Source: a bacterium (GTDB taxonomy: Bacteria; UBA8248). Taken from it: a stretch of 64,000 bases of DNA. The notes beneath the pieces are model-generated. The model saw nothing but the letters and a program-made list of their open reading frames with translations. It did no database searches and was not told the origin of the DNA. The first letter of the stretch is position 1. Every line of letters starts with the position of its first letter. The translations under genes were made by a program, and so were the position numbers. Positions 50,174 through 60,056 of this stretch are shown in pieces. The DNA is taken from contig CBDBZU010000004.1 of the NCBI GenBank assembly GCA_965213625.1, positions 192,001 to 256,000 of the forward strand, read 5' to 3'.

Positions 50174-51496
50174 ATGGAATGCACGCCGGACCCGGCCATC
50201 CCGCCGGGGCGCGGGAAACCGGGCAAGGAGATGACCCCCGAGGAAGCGAACGGCTTCAAGCTCCTGGGCCACTGCGATTTCGGCGGACGCAACAAGGGCG
50301 ACGTCATGCAGCTTCTCGTGAAGGACGACTTCATACTCTGCGGCCACGTGGGCATGTCCGGCGCGGGCACGAGCGTCATCGACGCCTCCAATCCCCGGAA
50401 GCCGAAAGTCGTGAACCAGATTCCCGCCCCGCGCAACACGCACAACAACAAGCTCCAGATCGTCGGCGACATCATGGTCGTCAACAACGAGCAGTTCGGC
50501 GGACGCGGCCCCGATTTCGAGCCCTTCAAGGCGGGCATCGACATCTACGACGTCTCGAACCTGCCCGAACTCCGCCCGCTGGGCTATTTCCATACAGGAG
50601 GTCGCGGGGTGCACCGGTTCTGGTTCGGCGACGGCCGCTACGCGTTCCTTACGGCGGGGGACGATGATTACATCGATCAGTTCCTGAAAATCATCGATCT
50701 CAAGAACCCCACCCGGCCCAAGGAGGTGGGCCGCTGGGCAATGCCGGGCATGCGGAACGACGAGGAGCGCGACTGGTACCAGATGGGCCAGTTCCGCTTC
50801 AAGAAAAACAGACAGGGCGAATACATCCCCTTGGGCGGCGAGGCGCCCGAGGGCGTGCAGAAAAAACGCGCCTGCGTACACATGTCCATGAACGTCGGCG
50901 ATAGATGCTACGGCGCGTGGTGGGATTCTGGCTTCATCATCCTGGACATCGCCGACATCACGAACCCGACCCTCATCAGCCACACCCAGTGGCCGCCCGA
51001 GGAGAGTTCGGCCACGCACTCCGTGCTGCCCCTGCCGGAGCGGAACCTCTGCATCGTTTCGGATGAATGCACGGCGGAGGACATGGAGGATATCGAAAAG
51101 CAAATCCGCGTGATGGACATATCGGATGAGAAAAACCCGAAGGTGCTCTCCACCTTCCCGCACCCCGAGGGCGATTACGCTGAGCGCGGCGGACGCTCCG
51201 GCCCGCACAACCTGCACGAGAACCGCCCGGATTCGCTGATCGACGAATCCAGAGTTTACATGACCTGGTTCAACGGCGGCCTGCGCGTGTTCGACATCGA
51301 AGACCCGCTGAATCCCAGAGAAGTCGCCCACTACGTGCCCGAAACGCCCAGGCGCGACCCCATCCGCCCCCTGTGGGGGAGAGACTACGAACTCCTGCAA
51401 GTCCAGGTGGACGACGTCTACATGGCCGCCGACGACAGGGCCTACATCAGCGAACGCCTGGGCGCCGGCGTGTGGATACTGGAGTCCGATTTTTAG
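50174..51496 (+). CDS. LVIVD-repeat beta-propeller protein
   Basis: Repeated IxDxxNPxxPxxV motifs; GPHNLHE, WFNGGLRVFDI; GAGGAG SD. Confidence 0.8.
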   Translation: MECTPDPAIPPGRGKPGKEMTPEEANGFKLLGHCDFGGRNKGDVMQLLVKDDFILCGHVGMSGAGTSVIDASNPRKPKVVNQIPAPRNTHNNKLQIVGDIMVVNNEQFGGRGPDFEPFKAGIDIYDVSNLPELRPLGYFHTGGRGVHRFWFGDGRYAFLTAGDDDYIDQFLKIIDLKNPTRPKEVGRWAMPGMRNDEERDWYQMGQFRFKKNRQGEYIPLGGEAPEGVQKKRACVHMSMNVGDRCYGAWWDSGFIILDIADITNPTLISHTQWPPEESSATHSVLPLPERNLCIVSDECTAEDMEDIEKQIRVMDISDEKNPKVLSTFPHPEGDYAERGGRSGPHNLHENRPDSLIDESRVYMTWFNGGLRVFDIEDPLNPREVAHYVPETPRRDPIRPLWGRDYELLQVQVDDVYMAADDRAYISERLGAGVWILESDF

Positions 51497-51632
51497 GGAG
51501 GTGTTTTTTCATTATTTCCAATCACATCAGGTGTTGAAACATTTTTATTTGTAGAGTATCTTGATGCTCTGAATTTCGCCCAAATTTTATCTCATCTGTA
51601 CTAGACCAGTACACATTAGACAGAAAAATTCT

Positions 51633-53423
51633 ATGACTTTCTCGAATCGATTTAATATTGAAGACAATGAACTTCTGCGCATTCCACAGCGCGAAGGGTG
51701 GGTACATATCCGTGATTATTATGGGACGGGTGAGGCCACTAGATTTGCCGGAGTCGTCCTTCCTGTCGGTTGTGGAAAATCCGGGCTCATCGCCATTACT
51801 CCGTATGCGCTTGATGCTCACCGAGTTCTAGTCATTGCGCCTGGAACACGAATTCGTGATCAACTTGTTGATGATATGAAATCAAGTAGCGCTAATAACT
51901 TTTACGAGAAATGCGCTGTGCTCGAAATTGATGACGATTTCCCCGAAACTGTTGTTGTCGCAAGTAGGACGGTCAATCACGATGATCTGCAAAACTCGGA
52001 GATTGTCGTTTCGAATATCCAGCAAATTGCAGGTGAAGAAAACCGTTGGCTGGATGAATTTGGAGATGACTTTTTCGATTTAATTCTAGTTGACGAAGGC
52101 CACCACAACACAGCAGCGTCTTGGCAACAGGTCTTTGATCGCTTTCCTAACGCCCAAGTGATAAATTTCAGTGCGACTCCCACACGTGCTGACGGACAAC
52201 TTATGGAAGGGGCTGTGATTTACTCCTTCCCAGTAGTTCGTGCAATTCAAGCCGGATATGTGAAACGTGTAGCAGCCAAGATGTTGAGGCCTTCCGAGTT
52301 GACTTATGTTGATCAGAGTTCGGGTGAAGAGTGCACAATCGAGCTGGAAGATGTGATTAGACTTGGCCAAGAGCATGCCGAGTTCCGCCGCGGAATCGTG
52401 ATGTCAGATGAATCGCTGTCATCCATTGTGGACTGTTCTATTGGTGAGTTGCGGCGTTTACGTGAGGAAACTGAGGAACAACGCCTTAAAATCATTGCAT
52501 CAGCCTTGAATATCGATCATTGCATCCAAATTGTAGAAGCATTCCGTGCTCGGGGTATGCGAGCAGATTATGTCCATTCCCGAGTAGGACAGAACGCGAA
52601 TCAGCTTGTACTCCAAAAGCTCGCGAATCATGAGTTAGATGTAATCGTACAAGCACGAATGCTCGGTGAGGGCTTTGATCATAAGTATCTAGCTGTGGCA
52701 ATGGTAGGCAGCATCTATGCCAATCTCTCGCCGTTCGTTCAGTTTGTCGGTCGGATCATGCGCGTAGTCGAACAGAATATGCCATATAGCCAGCTTAATC
52801 GGGGAGTTGTTGTCTTCCATGCAGGTGCAAACGTCGCGCAACGCTGGAACGACTTCCGATCCTTCAGTGATGCAGATCAGGCATATTTCGCGGACCTTCT
52901 ACCTGAGGCCGAAAATATCGACTTCGACCCCACAGGCCCTACTGAACGTGAGCCTGGCGGCATTGGAAATATCCAACCTATAGATGTGGTCTCTGAAACG
53001 GATGTACTAGCAACGGACATGGATCCTATTGGAGATCCAGAAATTATTGCTTTATTACAACAACTAGCTGATCGGGGGATTACTCCAGACCAAGCAGCAG
53101 CTGGTATTCGCCGTATCCGACCGACCCGACAAGATAAGAGACTGGCGCGTCGCAATTCATTGAGCCAACGAATTCAGAATGAATCAGGCGGCATCCTAGC
53201 TCGATGTGGAATCAATCCTGGGGGACAAACACTGGACCCACGACGACAGAAGGCGAACTACCAATGGGTCGTGAGTGAATTGAACAAACGAGTGAATGCG
53301 AGCGTAGCCCAAGAAAATGCCAATCGTGAGAATTTTACTCTAGAACAGTTAGAAACTGCCCACGATGCTTTGGAAGCCCAAGTTGCAATCCTCGAAGAGG
53401 AGTTGCGAGATGCCAAAACCTAA
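51633..53423 (+). CDS. SF2 DExH helicase (type III Res/SSL2-like), low GC
   Basis: LRIPQ, LPVGCGKS, VDEGHH, SATP, MLGEGFD, QFVGRIMR. Confidence 0.88.
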   Translation: MTFSNRFNIEDNELLRIPQREGWVHIRDYYGTGEATRFAGVVLPVGCGKSGLIAITPYALDAHRVLVIAPGTRIRDQLVDDMKSSSANNFYEKCAVLEIDDDFPETVVVASRTVNHDDLQNSEIVVSNIQQIAGEENRWLDEFGDDFFDLILVDEGHHNTAASWQQVFDRFPNAQVINFSATPTRADGQLMEGAVIYSFPVVRAIQAGYVKRVAAKMLRPSELTYVDQSSGEECTIELEDVIRLGQEHAEFRRGIVMSDESLSSIVDCSIGELRRLREETEEQRLKIIASALNIDHCIQIVEAFRARGMRADYVHSRVGQNANQLVLQKLANHELDVIVQARMLGEGFDHKYLAVAMVGSIYANLSPFVQFVGRIMRVVEQNMPYSQLNRGVVVFHAGANVAQRWNDFRSFSDADQAYFADLLPEAENIDFDPTGPTEREPGGIGNIQPIDVVSETDVLATDMDPIGDPEIIALLQQLADRGITPDQAAAGIRRIRPTRQDKRLARRNSLSQRIQNESGGILARCGINPGGQTLDPRRQKANYQWVVSELNKRVNASVAQENANRENFTLEQLETAHDALEAQVAILEEELRDAKT

Positions 53424-53631
53424 GTCCTTACTTAAGAATGTAAAAATCACTAAAGCAAAACGGGCACATAACTGTAAACATAATGCACGACATCGTATTG
53501 AGAAAGATGATTTGCGGCTGACCGTCAAAGAGGGCCAAAATAAGCAGAATTACTGTTTAGTCTGCGGTTCTAAATTCGTGGACACGGCGATAAACTTTCT
53601 AAGCGAGTTACGTACTTCTCTACCGGATTAG
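53410..53631 (+). CDS. 73-aa basic Zn-finger-like protein overlapping the helicase 3' end
   Basis: GAGGAG SD; AKRAHNCKHNARHRIEK...RL...YCLVC. Confidence 0.7.
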   Translation: MPKPKSLLKNVKITKAKRAHNCKHNARHRIEKDDLRLTVKEGQNKQNYCLVCGSKFVDTAINFLSELRTSLPD

Positions 53632-53671
53632 TTAATTTTCTGTCTAATACCTAAGCAGTTGATATCCCCCA

Positions 53672-53848
53672 CTAACCCAGCTTCTCACCGAAAAACGCGA
53701 GCGTTTTCTCCCAGGAATCCTCGCTCTGTTCGGCACGGAAGCGCTCGGGGTTGTCCTCCCACTGAAAGGTGTGGCCCGCGCCGTCGTAGCGGTGGAAGAC
53801 GTATTCGACGCCAGCGCCCTTGAGCGCCGCCTCGTAGTCGCCCACGTC
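53672..53848 (-). repeat. Diverged duplicate of the last 177 bp of the dienelactone hydrolase gene (54677-54853)
   Basis: Co-linear alignment with scattered substitutions; ends in TAG rather than TGA. Confidence 0.92.
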
Positions 53849-53912
53849 TCTATCTGTGCTATTCTGAAATTGGAATGGAACGCATCAAGAACATCCTCAG
53901 CGAGACGAAAAA

Positions 53913-54641
53913 ATGACGGACATGATCACCGACCCCATACAGACACGCCGGGCTTTGTTGACGTGGCAGCGCCCTCTGGAGCAGCCCGGTTCCCGCGACA
54001 GGTTCGCGGTGGCCGAGTTGGCGCAATGCGAAGAAGGCGTGGCGTTTTCGTATTTGGATGAGGCGCGCCTCGCGCCTGCCCTGGAAACCGGATTCGGCGG
54101 CTATCCCGGCCTCGCGCTGGGCGATCCGCACGAGGCGGACACCGCGCTCGACGTACTGGCGCGACGACTCCCGCCCCGGGGTCGACCCGACTTCCATGAC
54201 TTCATGGAGACGTTCGGCCTCTCGCCGCAAGCCGATTTCTCCTACCTCAGCCTTCTGGCCTATACAGGCGCCCGCGTGACCAGTGATAGCTTCGGGGTCA
54301 CCGAGACTTTCGAAGGTTTCGACCGTCCTTTCCGCTACGTTTTCGACGTCTCGGGTTACAGGCATTATCGAAACGATGCGCTCGACTTGGAAGTTGACGA
54401 GCCCGTGGTTTTCCAACACGACCCGACCAACGAGTATGACCCTCATGCGGTAGCGGTGGCTCGCAAGAGCGGCGTTCGCCTGGGCTATATCAACCGCCTG
54501 CAAGCTCAAACGGTTAGTGAGTGGCTTGAGCACGGAAGCGTAGACGCCCGCGTATTCAGGCTCGGCGGCCGTTCGGTATATCCACGGCTATTCGTCATGG
54601 CCGATATCGAACCGGCTTTACAAGGGGTTCATGCGACCTGA
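53913..54641 (+). CDS. HIRAN-domain protein of the HipA-associated type
   Basis: RRLPPRGRPDF...LLAYTGARVTSDSF and the HIRAN motif DPTNEYDPHAVAV...LGYI. Confidence 0.8.
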   Translation: MTDMITDPIQTRRALLTWQRPLEQPGSRDRFAVAELAQCEEGVAFSYLDEARLAPALETGFGGYPGLALGDPHEADTALDVLARRLPPRGRPDFHDFMETFGLSPQADFSYLSLLAYTGARVTSDSFGVTETFEGFDRPFRYVFDVSGYRHYRNDALDLEVDEPVVFQHDPTNEYDPHAVAVARKSGVRLGYINRLQAQTVSEWLEHGSVDARVFRLGGRSVYPRLFVMADIEPALQGVHAT

Positions 54642-54676
54642 GAATCGCTGCGGCGTAATCTCCTTCAAACCTCCCC

Positions 54677-55396
54677 TCACCCCAGCTTCTCACCGAAAAA
54701 CGCGAGCGTTTTCTCCCAGGAATCCTCGCTCTGTTCGGCGCGGAAGCGCTCGGGGTTGTCCTCCCACTGAAAGGCGTGGCCGGCGCCGTCGTAGCGGTGG
54801 AAAACATATTCCGCGCCCGCGCTTTTGAGCGCCGCCTCGTAGTCGTCCACGTCCTCCGGCGAGGGGTTCTGGTCCTCGTTTCCGAATATGCCAATGACCG
54901 GGCACGCGATGTTTCCCGTCAGCTCGATGGCGGGCGGGTTTCCTGCGCCGCGCACTTCCTTCACGCCGCCGCCGTAGAAGACCGCGCACGCGGCGTAGCG
55001 CGAATCCGTGCACGCGGCAAGCCAGCTCACGCGCCCGCCCCAGCAGTGCCCGACGACGCCGATCCGGCCCGCGTCCACGCTCTCAATAGTCGCCAGGGCG
55101 TCGAAGCCCGCTTTCAAGTCCTGCGCCGTCTGCGCGTCGTTGAACTCATCGCGCTTTATCTGCATGTCGTCACTCTTGGACCACCAGTGGTAGAGAAACG
55201 GAACCGACACCGCGTAGCCGTTCGCCCGGAAGCGCTCCGCCGATTTCACCGTGAAGGGGTCGCCCTCGATTCCCCCGTGCCCCGGAATGTGCTGGCAGAG
55301 CACCAGCCCAGGATGCGGCCCGTCGCCCGCAGGCTCGTACAGGAAAATCTCCATCTCGCTGCCCTGGACTTCAGTCATCTCGATTCGGTAGCTCAT
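54677..55396 (-). CDS. Dienelactone hydrolase family
   Basis: GVVGHCWGG, FYGG, GNEDQNP, YDGAGHAF. Confidence 0.92.
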   Translation of the reverse strand: MSYRIEMTEVQGSEMEIFLYEPAGDGPHPGLVLCQHIPGHGGIEGDPFTVKSAERFRANGYAVSVPFLYHWWSKSDDMQIKRDEFNDAQTAQDLKAGFDALATIESVDAGRIGVVGHCWGGRVSWLAACTDSRYAACAVFYGGGVKEVRGAGNPPAIELTGNIACPVIGIFGNEDQNPSPEDVDDYEAALKSAGAEYVFHRYDGAGHAFQWEDNPERFRAEQSEDSWEKTLAFFGEKLG

Positions 55397-55501
55397 TTTT
55401 TCCCTCTCTTTTAAAAAATAAGAAGTCTTAAGTTTTCTTCACATTGCTATAAGTCATTTTAATTTCTGCGAATGGTTGAAAACGCCTCTCGCATGAAATA
55501 C

Positions 55502-56470
55502 TCAAGCGTCCTCGAACACCAGGTTCTCAGGCACTCCCCGAATGAAAGCCTCCACGTTGTCCACAGTTATGCGCGCCTCCCGCTCAACCGCCCCCTCGGT
55601 ATGCGCGGCGACGTGCGGTGTGAGGATCACGTTATCGAGCGTTCTGAGCGGAGAATCCCCCGGCAAGGGCTCATCCGGCTCGAACACGTCGAGGCCTGCG
55701 CCCGCGATCCTCTTTTCCCGCAGCGCTTCGAGCAGGGCGTCCATATCCACCAGGCCCGCGCGCGAGGTGTTAATCAGAAACGCCGTGGGCTTCATCCCCG
55801 CGATGCGCTCTTTGGAGATGATGCCCTTCGTCTCTGGCGTCACGTGAAGCTGTATCGTCACGAAATCACAGCCCATGCACGCATCGAGCGATGCCGCGCG
55901 CGCTCCTTCTTTCGCCGCGCGCTCAGGCGTCATGCGCTTCGACCACGCCAGCACCTCCATCCCGAAGCCCCGCGCCATGGGGACGACCTTGCTTCCGATG
56001 TGCCCGAAGCCGATCACCGAGAGCGTCTTGCCCAGAAGCTCCACGCCCTGGACGCGCTCCCACACCCCCGCCCGCATGGCCGGTCCCTGGAAGGGCAGCC
56101 GCTTCGCGAGGCCTAAGACCATCATCATCGTGTGCTCGGCCACCGAGGGACTCCCCGCTCCGGGCGTCACGGAAACCGTAACGCCCCGCTCACCAGCACG
56201 CTTCATGTCCACCACACGGGGGCGCGTACCCCAGATTGAGATAAAACGCAATTTGCACGCTGTTTCAAGCAATGCAGTGTTCTTGAAATCCGTCTGAAAG
56301 CGCACGGTCAGTATGATTTCCGCATCGGCAATGCGATCCGCCATGTCCTCTTCACTCGCAGGCCGCCCGGTGAAATGGGCTACCTCGCCAAGCTCCTCGA
56401 GGCGCGCGAGCTGGGGCGAGTCTGTGAAGTTACCCTCGTAGTCATCCGGAATCACGATTTTCACATTCAC
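55502..56470 (-). CDS. D-2-hydroxyacid dehydrogenase family
   Basis: IGFGHIG, INTSRAG, DVFEPDEP, TPHVA. Confidence 0.9.
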   Translation of the reverse strand: MNVKIVIPDDYEGNFTDSPQLARLEELGEVAHFTGRPASEEDMADRIADAEIILTVRFQTDFKNTALLETACKLRFISIWGTRPRVVDMKRAGERGVTVSVTPGAGSPSVAEHTMMMVLGLAKRLPFQGPAMRAGVWERVQGVELLGKTLSVIGFGHIGSKVVPMARGFGMEVLAWSKRMTPERAAKEGARAASLDACMGCDFVTIQLHVTPETKGIISKERIAGMKPTAFLINTSRAGLVDMDALLEALREKRIAGAGLDVFEPDEPLPGDSPLRTLDNVILTPHVAAHTEGAVEREARITVDNVEAFIRGVPENLVFEDA

Positions 56471-56642
56471 TCGCCTTAAGTCTCAGTTTCGCCGGAGGCA
56501 ATTCGCCCTGTCCGTTCATGGGTTTACGCATCCACGGTATACCCCAATATGATTGACAGAACATAGCGTCTCAAGTAGTGGTACGAAATCGGGCAAATCA
56601 CCATTGACTTGTCTCGCTTTCAGAAGGATGCGCCTAAACGCC

Positions 56643-57821
56643 ATGATGCCGGACTTAAGCCCCGAAGAATCCGAGATGGTGCGCCGCGCGCGAAAGATTG
56701 CGCGTGAGGACATCCTGCCCATCGCCGCGGCGAGGGACAGGAACTACGCGCCCGGCGAGGCCTATCCCTGGCATATCGCCGATAAGCTCGACGCCGCAGG
56801 CTTAAGAACGCTCACCGTGCCCGAAAAATACGGCGGCTTCGGCGCGCGCCATCTGGTGCAGGCCATGGTGGCCGAAGAACTCGCCTATGGCGATCTGGGC
56901 GTCGCCGTCTCGATGGACCAGACCTACAAGTTCGCCCAACTGCTCACGGTCGAGACCACCCAAAAACAGCGCGACTTGTACCTCGATGACTTCATGAACG
57001 ACTCGAGAGCCCTGCTCGCCCTCGCCACCACGGAGCCCCAGAGCGGGACCGACACCTTCCTCATGCACGACGAGCCGGGTGCAGGCCCGCGCATGACGGC
57101 GAAACAAGAGGGTGACTTCTATATCCTGAACGGCACGAAGCACTACATTTCAAACGGCGGCCTGGCGAAGTATTACTTCATCTTCGCGCGCACGGCGCCC
57201 GAGAAAAAGATGAGCGAAGGCCTCACCTGCTTCCTCGTGCCCCGCGATACGGAAGGCTTCGAGATCGGTGAGGCGCACTCGAAGCTCGGCAGGCGGCTTC
57301 TTCAAAACGGCGAACTCGTACTCAGAAACTGCCGCGTGCCCGCGCATAATCTCTTCGGCGAATGGAACGGCGGCCTCTCTATCCTGAAGCGCATGGTGAG
57401 CGGCGCGCTCATCCCGGTGATGGGTCCCTCGCGCCTCGCGTACGACCTCGCGCGGACGGCCGCGCAGGAGAGCGGCGCGGCGAGCGAACAGTGGGCGCAG
57501 ATGGCGCTCACGGAAATGTATATGCTGATTGAGGCTTCGAGAACCTACCTGTATTCTGCGGCATGGCATGCGGAGAAGCCGACGGACGATTCGAAGCGCC
57601 GTCTCATGTCCAAGGTGTTCGCGTCTGAGGCGGGCATCAAGGTCTGCCGCACCGCGATGGAAGTATGGGGGAGGTCGGGCGCGACCTGGCACGACGACAG
57701 GCCGACGCCCGAGAAATGCTGGCGCGACGTGCTGAGCTATCTGCACGGCTTCGGCACGAACGAGGCGGTGAAGCTCAAGGCCGCGCCGCTTCTCGCCCCC
57801 GCCGGTGAGGATGAATGGTAA
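56643..57821 (+). CDS. Acyl-CoA dehydrogenase family
   Basis: VPEKYGG, TEPQSGTD, LNGTKHYISNG, KLGRR, SKVFASE. Confidence 0.88.
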   Translation: MMPDLSPEESEMVRRARKIAREDILPIAAARDRNYAPGEAYPWHIADKLDAAGLRTLTVPEKYGGFGARHLVQAMVAEELAYGDLGVAVSMDQTYKFAQLLTVETTQKQRDLYLDDFMNDSRALLALATTEPQSGTDTFLMHDEPGAGPRMTAKQEGDFYILNGTKHYISNGGLAKYYFIFARTAPEKKMSEGLTCFLVPRDTEGFEIGEAHSKLGRRLLQNGELVLRNCRVPAHNLFGEWNGGLSILKRMVSGALIPVMGPSRLAYDLARTAAQESGAASEQWAQMALTEMYMLIEASRTYLYSAAWHAEKPTDDSKRRLMSKVFASEAGIKVCRTAMEVWGRSGATWHDDRPTPEKCWRDVLSYLHGFGTNEAVKLKAAPLLAPAGEDEW

Positions 57822-57869
57822 ACTCAAATTGACGGATGTTTCCGTCACACACCCGAGAAGGAGACAGCA

Positions 57870-58838
57870 ATGCCCTCTTACAAGAAATCGGACTCACGCG
57901 CCTACTGCAAGGAGAACATGCGGGGAATCTGGGCCGCCATCCCCTACCCCTTCGATGAGAACGACAACATCGACGAGGCGGGTTTTCGCGCCGATATTCG
58001 TCATTACATCGACAACCTCGACATCAAGGGGTTTTTCGTCGGCGGGATGATCGGTGAATTCTGGTGCCTGACGAAAGAAGAGCGCCTGCGCGGACAGGAA
58101 ATCGCCTGCGACGAGGCGGGTGACGTACCCATCATCGCGCACACCGGCCACACTTCCGCCAAAGAAGCTATCGAACTCACCAACGCGGCGATTGATGCGG
58201 GCGCGACTTACGCCATTCTGGCGAATCCCTACCTCGGCGCGCAGGGGATTCCCGAGCGCGTGCGTGCGTTTTTCAAGGAATTCTGCAGCAACGTGGATAT
58301 CGGCGTGTCCCTGTTCAACACGGCGGCGACCGGCTATTCCCTCTCGGCGCCCCTGGTCAAGGCAATCGTCGAGGACAACGAAAACCTCTGCTGCATCAAG
58401 AACGCGCAGCCCAAATACCACTGCGACGAGGTGCGTGAAGCCGTGGGTGAGGATATCGTCGTGAGCGACCCCATGGAAACCCAGTGGTTCTTCAACCGCG
58501 CATATCACAAGCAGCAGACCTACATGAGCGGCCCCGACCCGTTCCTGTTGCAGCGCACCGGCAATCTCAACATGCAGCGATACACCGACTTGATCGACGA
58601 GGGGAACCTCGAGGAAGCCTGGACCGCGCGCGAGTCCATGAACCCGATTCGCCGCGTGGCCGACAAATGGCTGTGGGAGCCCTGGGCGCGGGGTGCGTTC
58701 CCCATCGCCGCGCTCAAGGACTGGATGGACCTCATGGGCATGCACGGCGGCCCCTCGCGCGCGCCGATGATCCCCCTGAGCACGGACGAGAAGGCGGAAC
58801 TGACATCGGATCTCAAGAGCGTGGGCCTCATCGACTAG
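57870..58838 (+). CDS. Dihydrodipicolinate-synthase-like class I aldolase
   Basis: PYPFDE, GMIGEFWCLT.EER, IKNA Schiff-base lysine, GGPSRAP. Confidence 0.88.
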   Translation: MPSYKKSDSRAYCKENMRGIWAAIPYPFDENDNIDEAGFRADIRHYIDNLDIKGFFVGGMIGEFWCLTKEERLRGQEIACDEAGDVPIIAHTGHTSAKEAIELTNAAIDAGATYAILANPYLGAQGIPERVRAFFKEFCSNVDIGVSLFNTAATGYSLSAPLVKAIVEDNENLCCIKNAQPKYHCDEVREAVGEDIVVSDPMETQWFFNRAYHKQQTYMSGPDPFLLQRTGNLNMQRYTDLIDEGNLEEAWTARESMNPIRRVADKWLWEPWARGAFPIAALKDWMDLMGMHGGPSRAPMIPLSTDEKAELTSDLKSVGLID

Positions 58839-58874
58839 CTCGCTGAACTTCTCGCGTTCATAAGGGTTCGGCGC

Positions 58875-60023
58875 ATGGACTTCGCTCCCGCAGAGGCTAC
58901 TCTCGCGCTTCAAGGCTTGGCGCGCGATTTCGCGCGTCAGGAGATCGCGCCGCACACCGACGCGCTTGATGAGGAAAAAATCCCGGAAAACCGCTTTCCC
59001 GCTGATATCCTGGAGAAAGGCGATTCACTGGGACTGCGCACCCTGCCCGTCCCGGAGAGCCGCGGAGGAGGAGGGGCTGATCTGCTGAGCCTTTGCTTCG
59101 TGGCGGAGGAGATCGGCTGGGGGGATTTAGGCGTCGGCGTCATCTACGCGCAGGATTGGGCGCTCGCAAACGCCGTATCCCGCCTGTGGGACGAAGTGGG
59201 CTTTGCGGCGTTCGCGGAAAAATTCACGCAAGACCACCCGCTCCATCTGGCTCACCTGAAAATCGGCGATTCGCCCGCTGCCGAGGAGAAAAGTCCCTTT
59301 CCCTCCGATGCGATCCAGGGCGCGAGTATTGAGCAGAACAGGGACAGCCTGAGTCTTAACGGCGGCGCGCGGCATGTGCTGAATGGCGCGTCCGCCGGCC
59401 TGTATCTGCTGGAATCGAGTCCCACGGATGAAGGCGGTTGTCAGATTTTTCTCCTGGAAAACCGCGAGGGGGCGGGAATCGAGGTTGCCCATTACCATGA
59501 TTTGATGGGCATGCGCTCCTGCCAGGATGTCGATCTGCACCTTAACGACGTGAAACTCGAACACCCGTTCGATTGCGCGGAGGAGGATTGGCGGGACGCG
59601 ACGCACGCCACCCGCATCCTCCCTGCGGCGGCGGCGGTCGGAACGGCGAGAAAATCCTTTGAGCACGCTCTCGAGCACGCCCGCGAACGCGTGCAGGGAG
59701 GAAAACCCATCATCGAGCACCAGACGGTCGGCTTCATGCTTTGCGATAACCTCATGGAGCTGGACGCCTCCAGAAGAAGCCTCCAGGCGGCGGCTTGGGC
59801 GGCAGAGCGGGGCGAGGACGCAGACCCTTGGCGGAGTTTTCTCGCAAAAGCCTTCGCGGCGGAATCGTGCGAGCGCGTCGTGCGCCGTTCGATGGAGGTG
59901 TGGGGAGGCGCAGGCTACATGACCGAAGCGCCCATGGAACGGCTGGTGCGCGACGTCGTGGCTTTTTCCCATGCTTTCGGCATGGGCCACGCCGCGCGCT
60001 CCGCTGCGATGGACCTGCTATAA
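58875..60023 (+). CDS. Acyl-CoA dehydrogenase family (divergent N-terminal half)
   Basis: ARDFARQEI, ERVQGGKPIIEHQ, AKAFAAE, WGGAGYMTEAPMERLVRD. Confidence 0.85.
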   Translation: MDFAPAEATLALQGLARDFARQEIAPHTDALDEEKIPENRFPADILEKGDSLGLRTLPVPESRGGGGADLLSLCFVAEEIGWGDLGVGVIYAQDWALANAVSRLWDEVGFAAFAEKFTQDHPLHLAHLKIGDSPAAEEKSPFPSDAIQGASIEQNRDSLSLNGGARHVLNGASAGLYLLESSPTDEGGCQIFLLENREGAGIEVAHYHDLMGMRSCQDVDLHLNDVKLEHPFDCAEEDWRDATHATRILPAAAAVGTARKSFEHALEHARERVQGGKPIIEHQTVGFMLCDNLMELDASRRSLQAAAWAAERGEDADPWRSFLAKAFAAESCERVVRRSMEVWGGAGYMTEAPMERLVRDVVAFSHAFGMGHAARSAAMDLL

Positions 60024-60056
60024 GACAAAGCGTGAACGACGCGATGATGCGAAACC

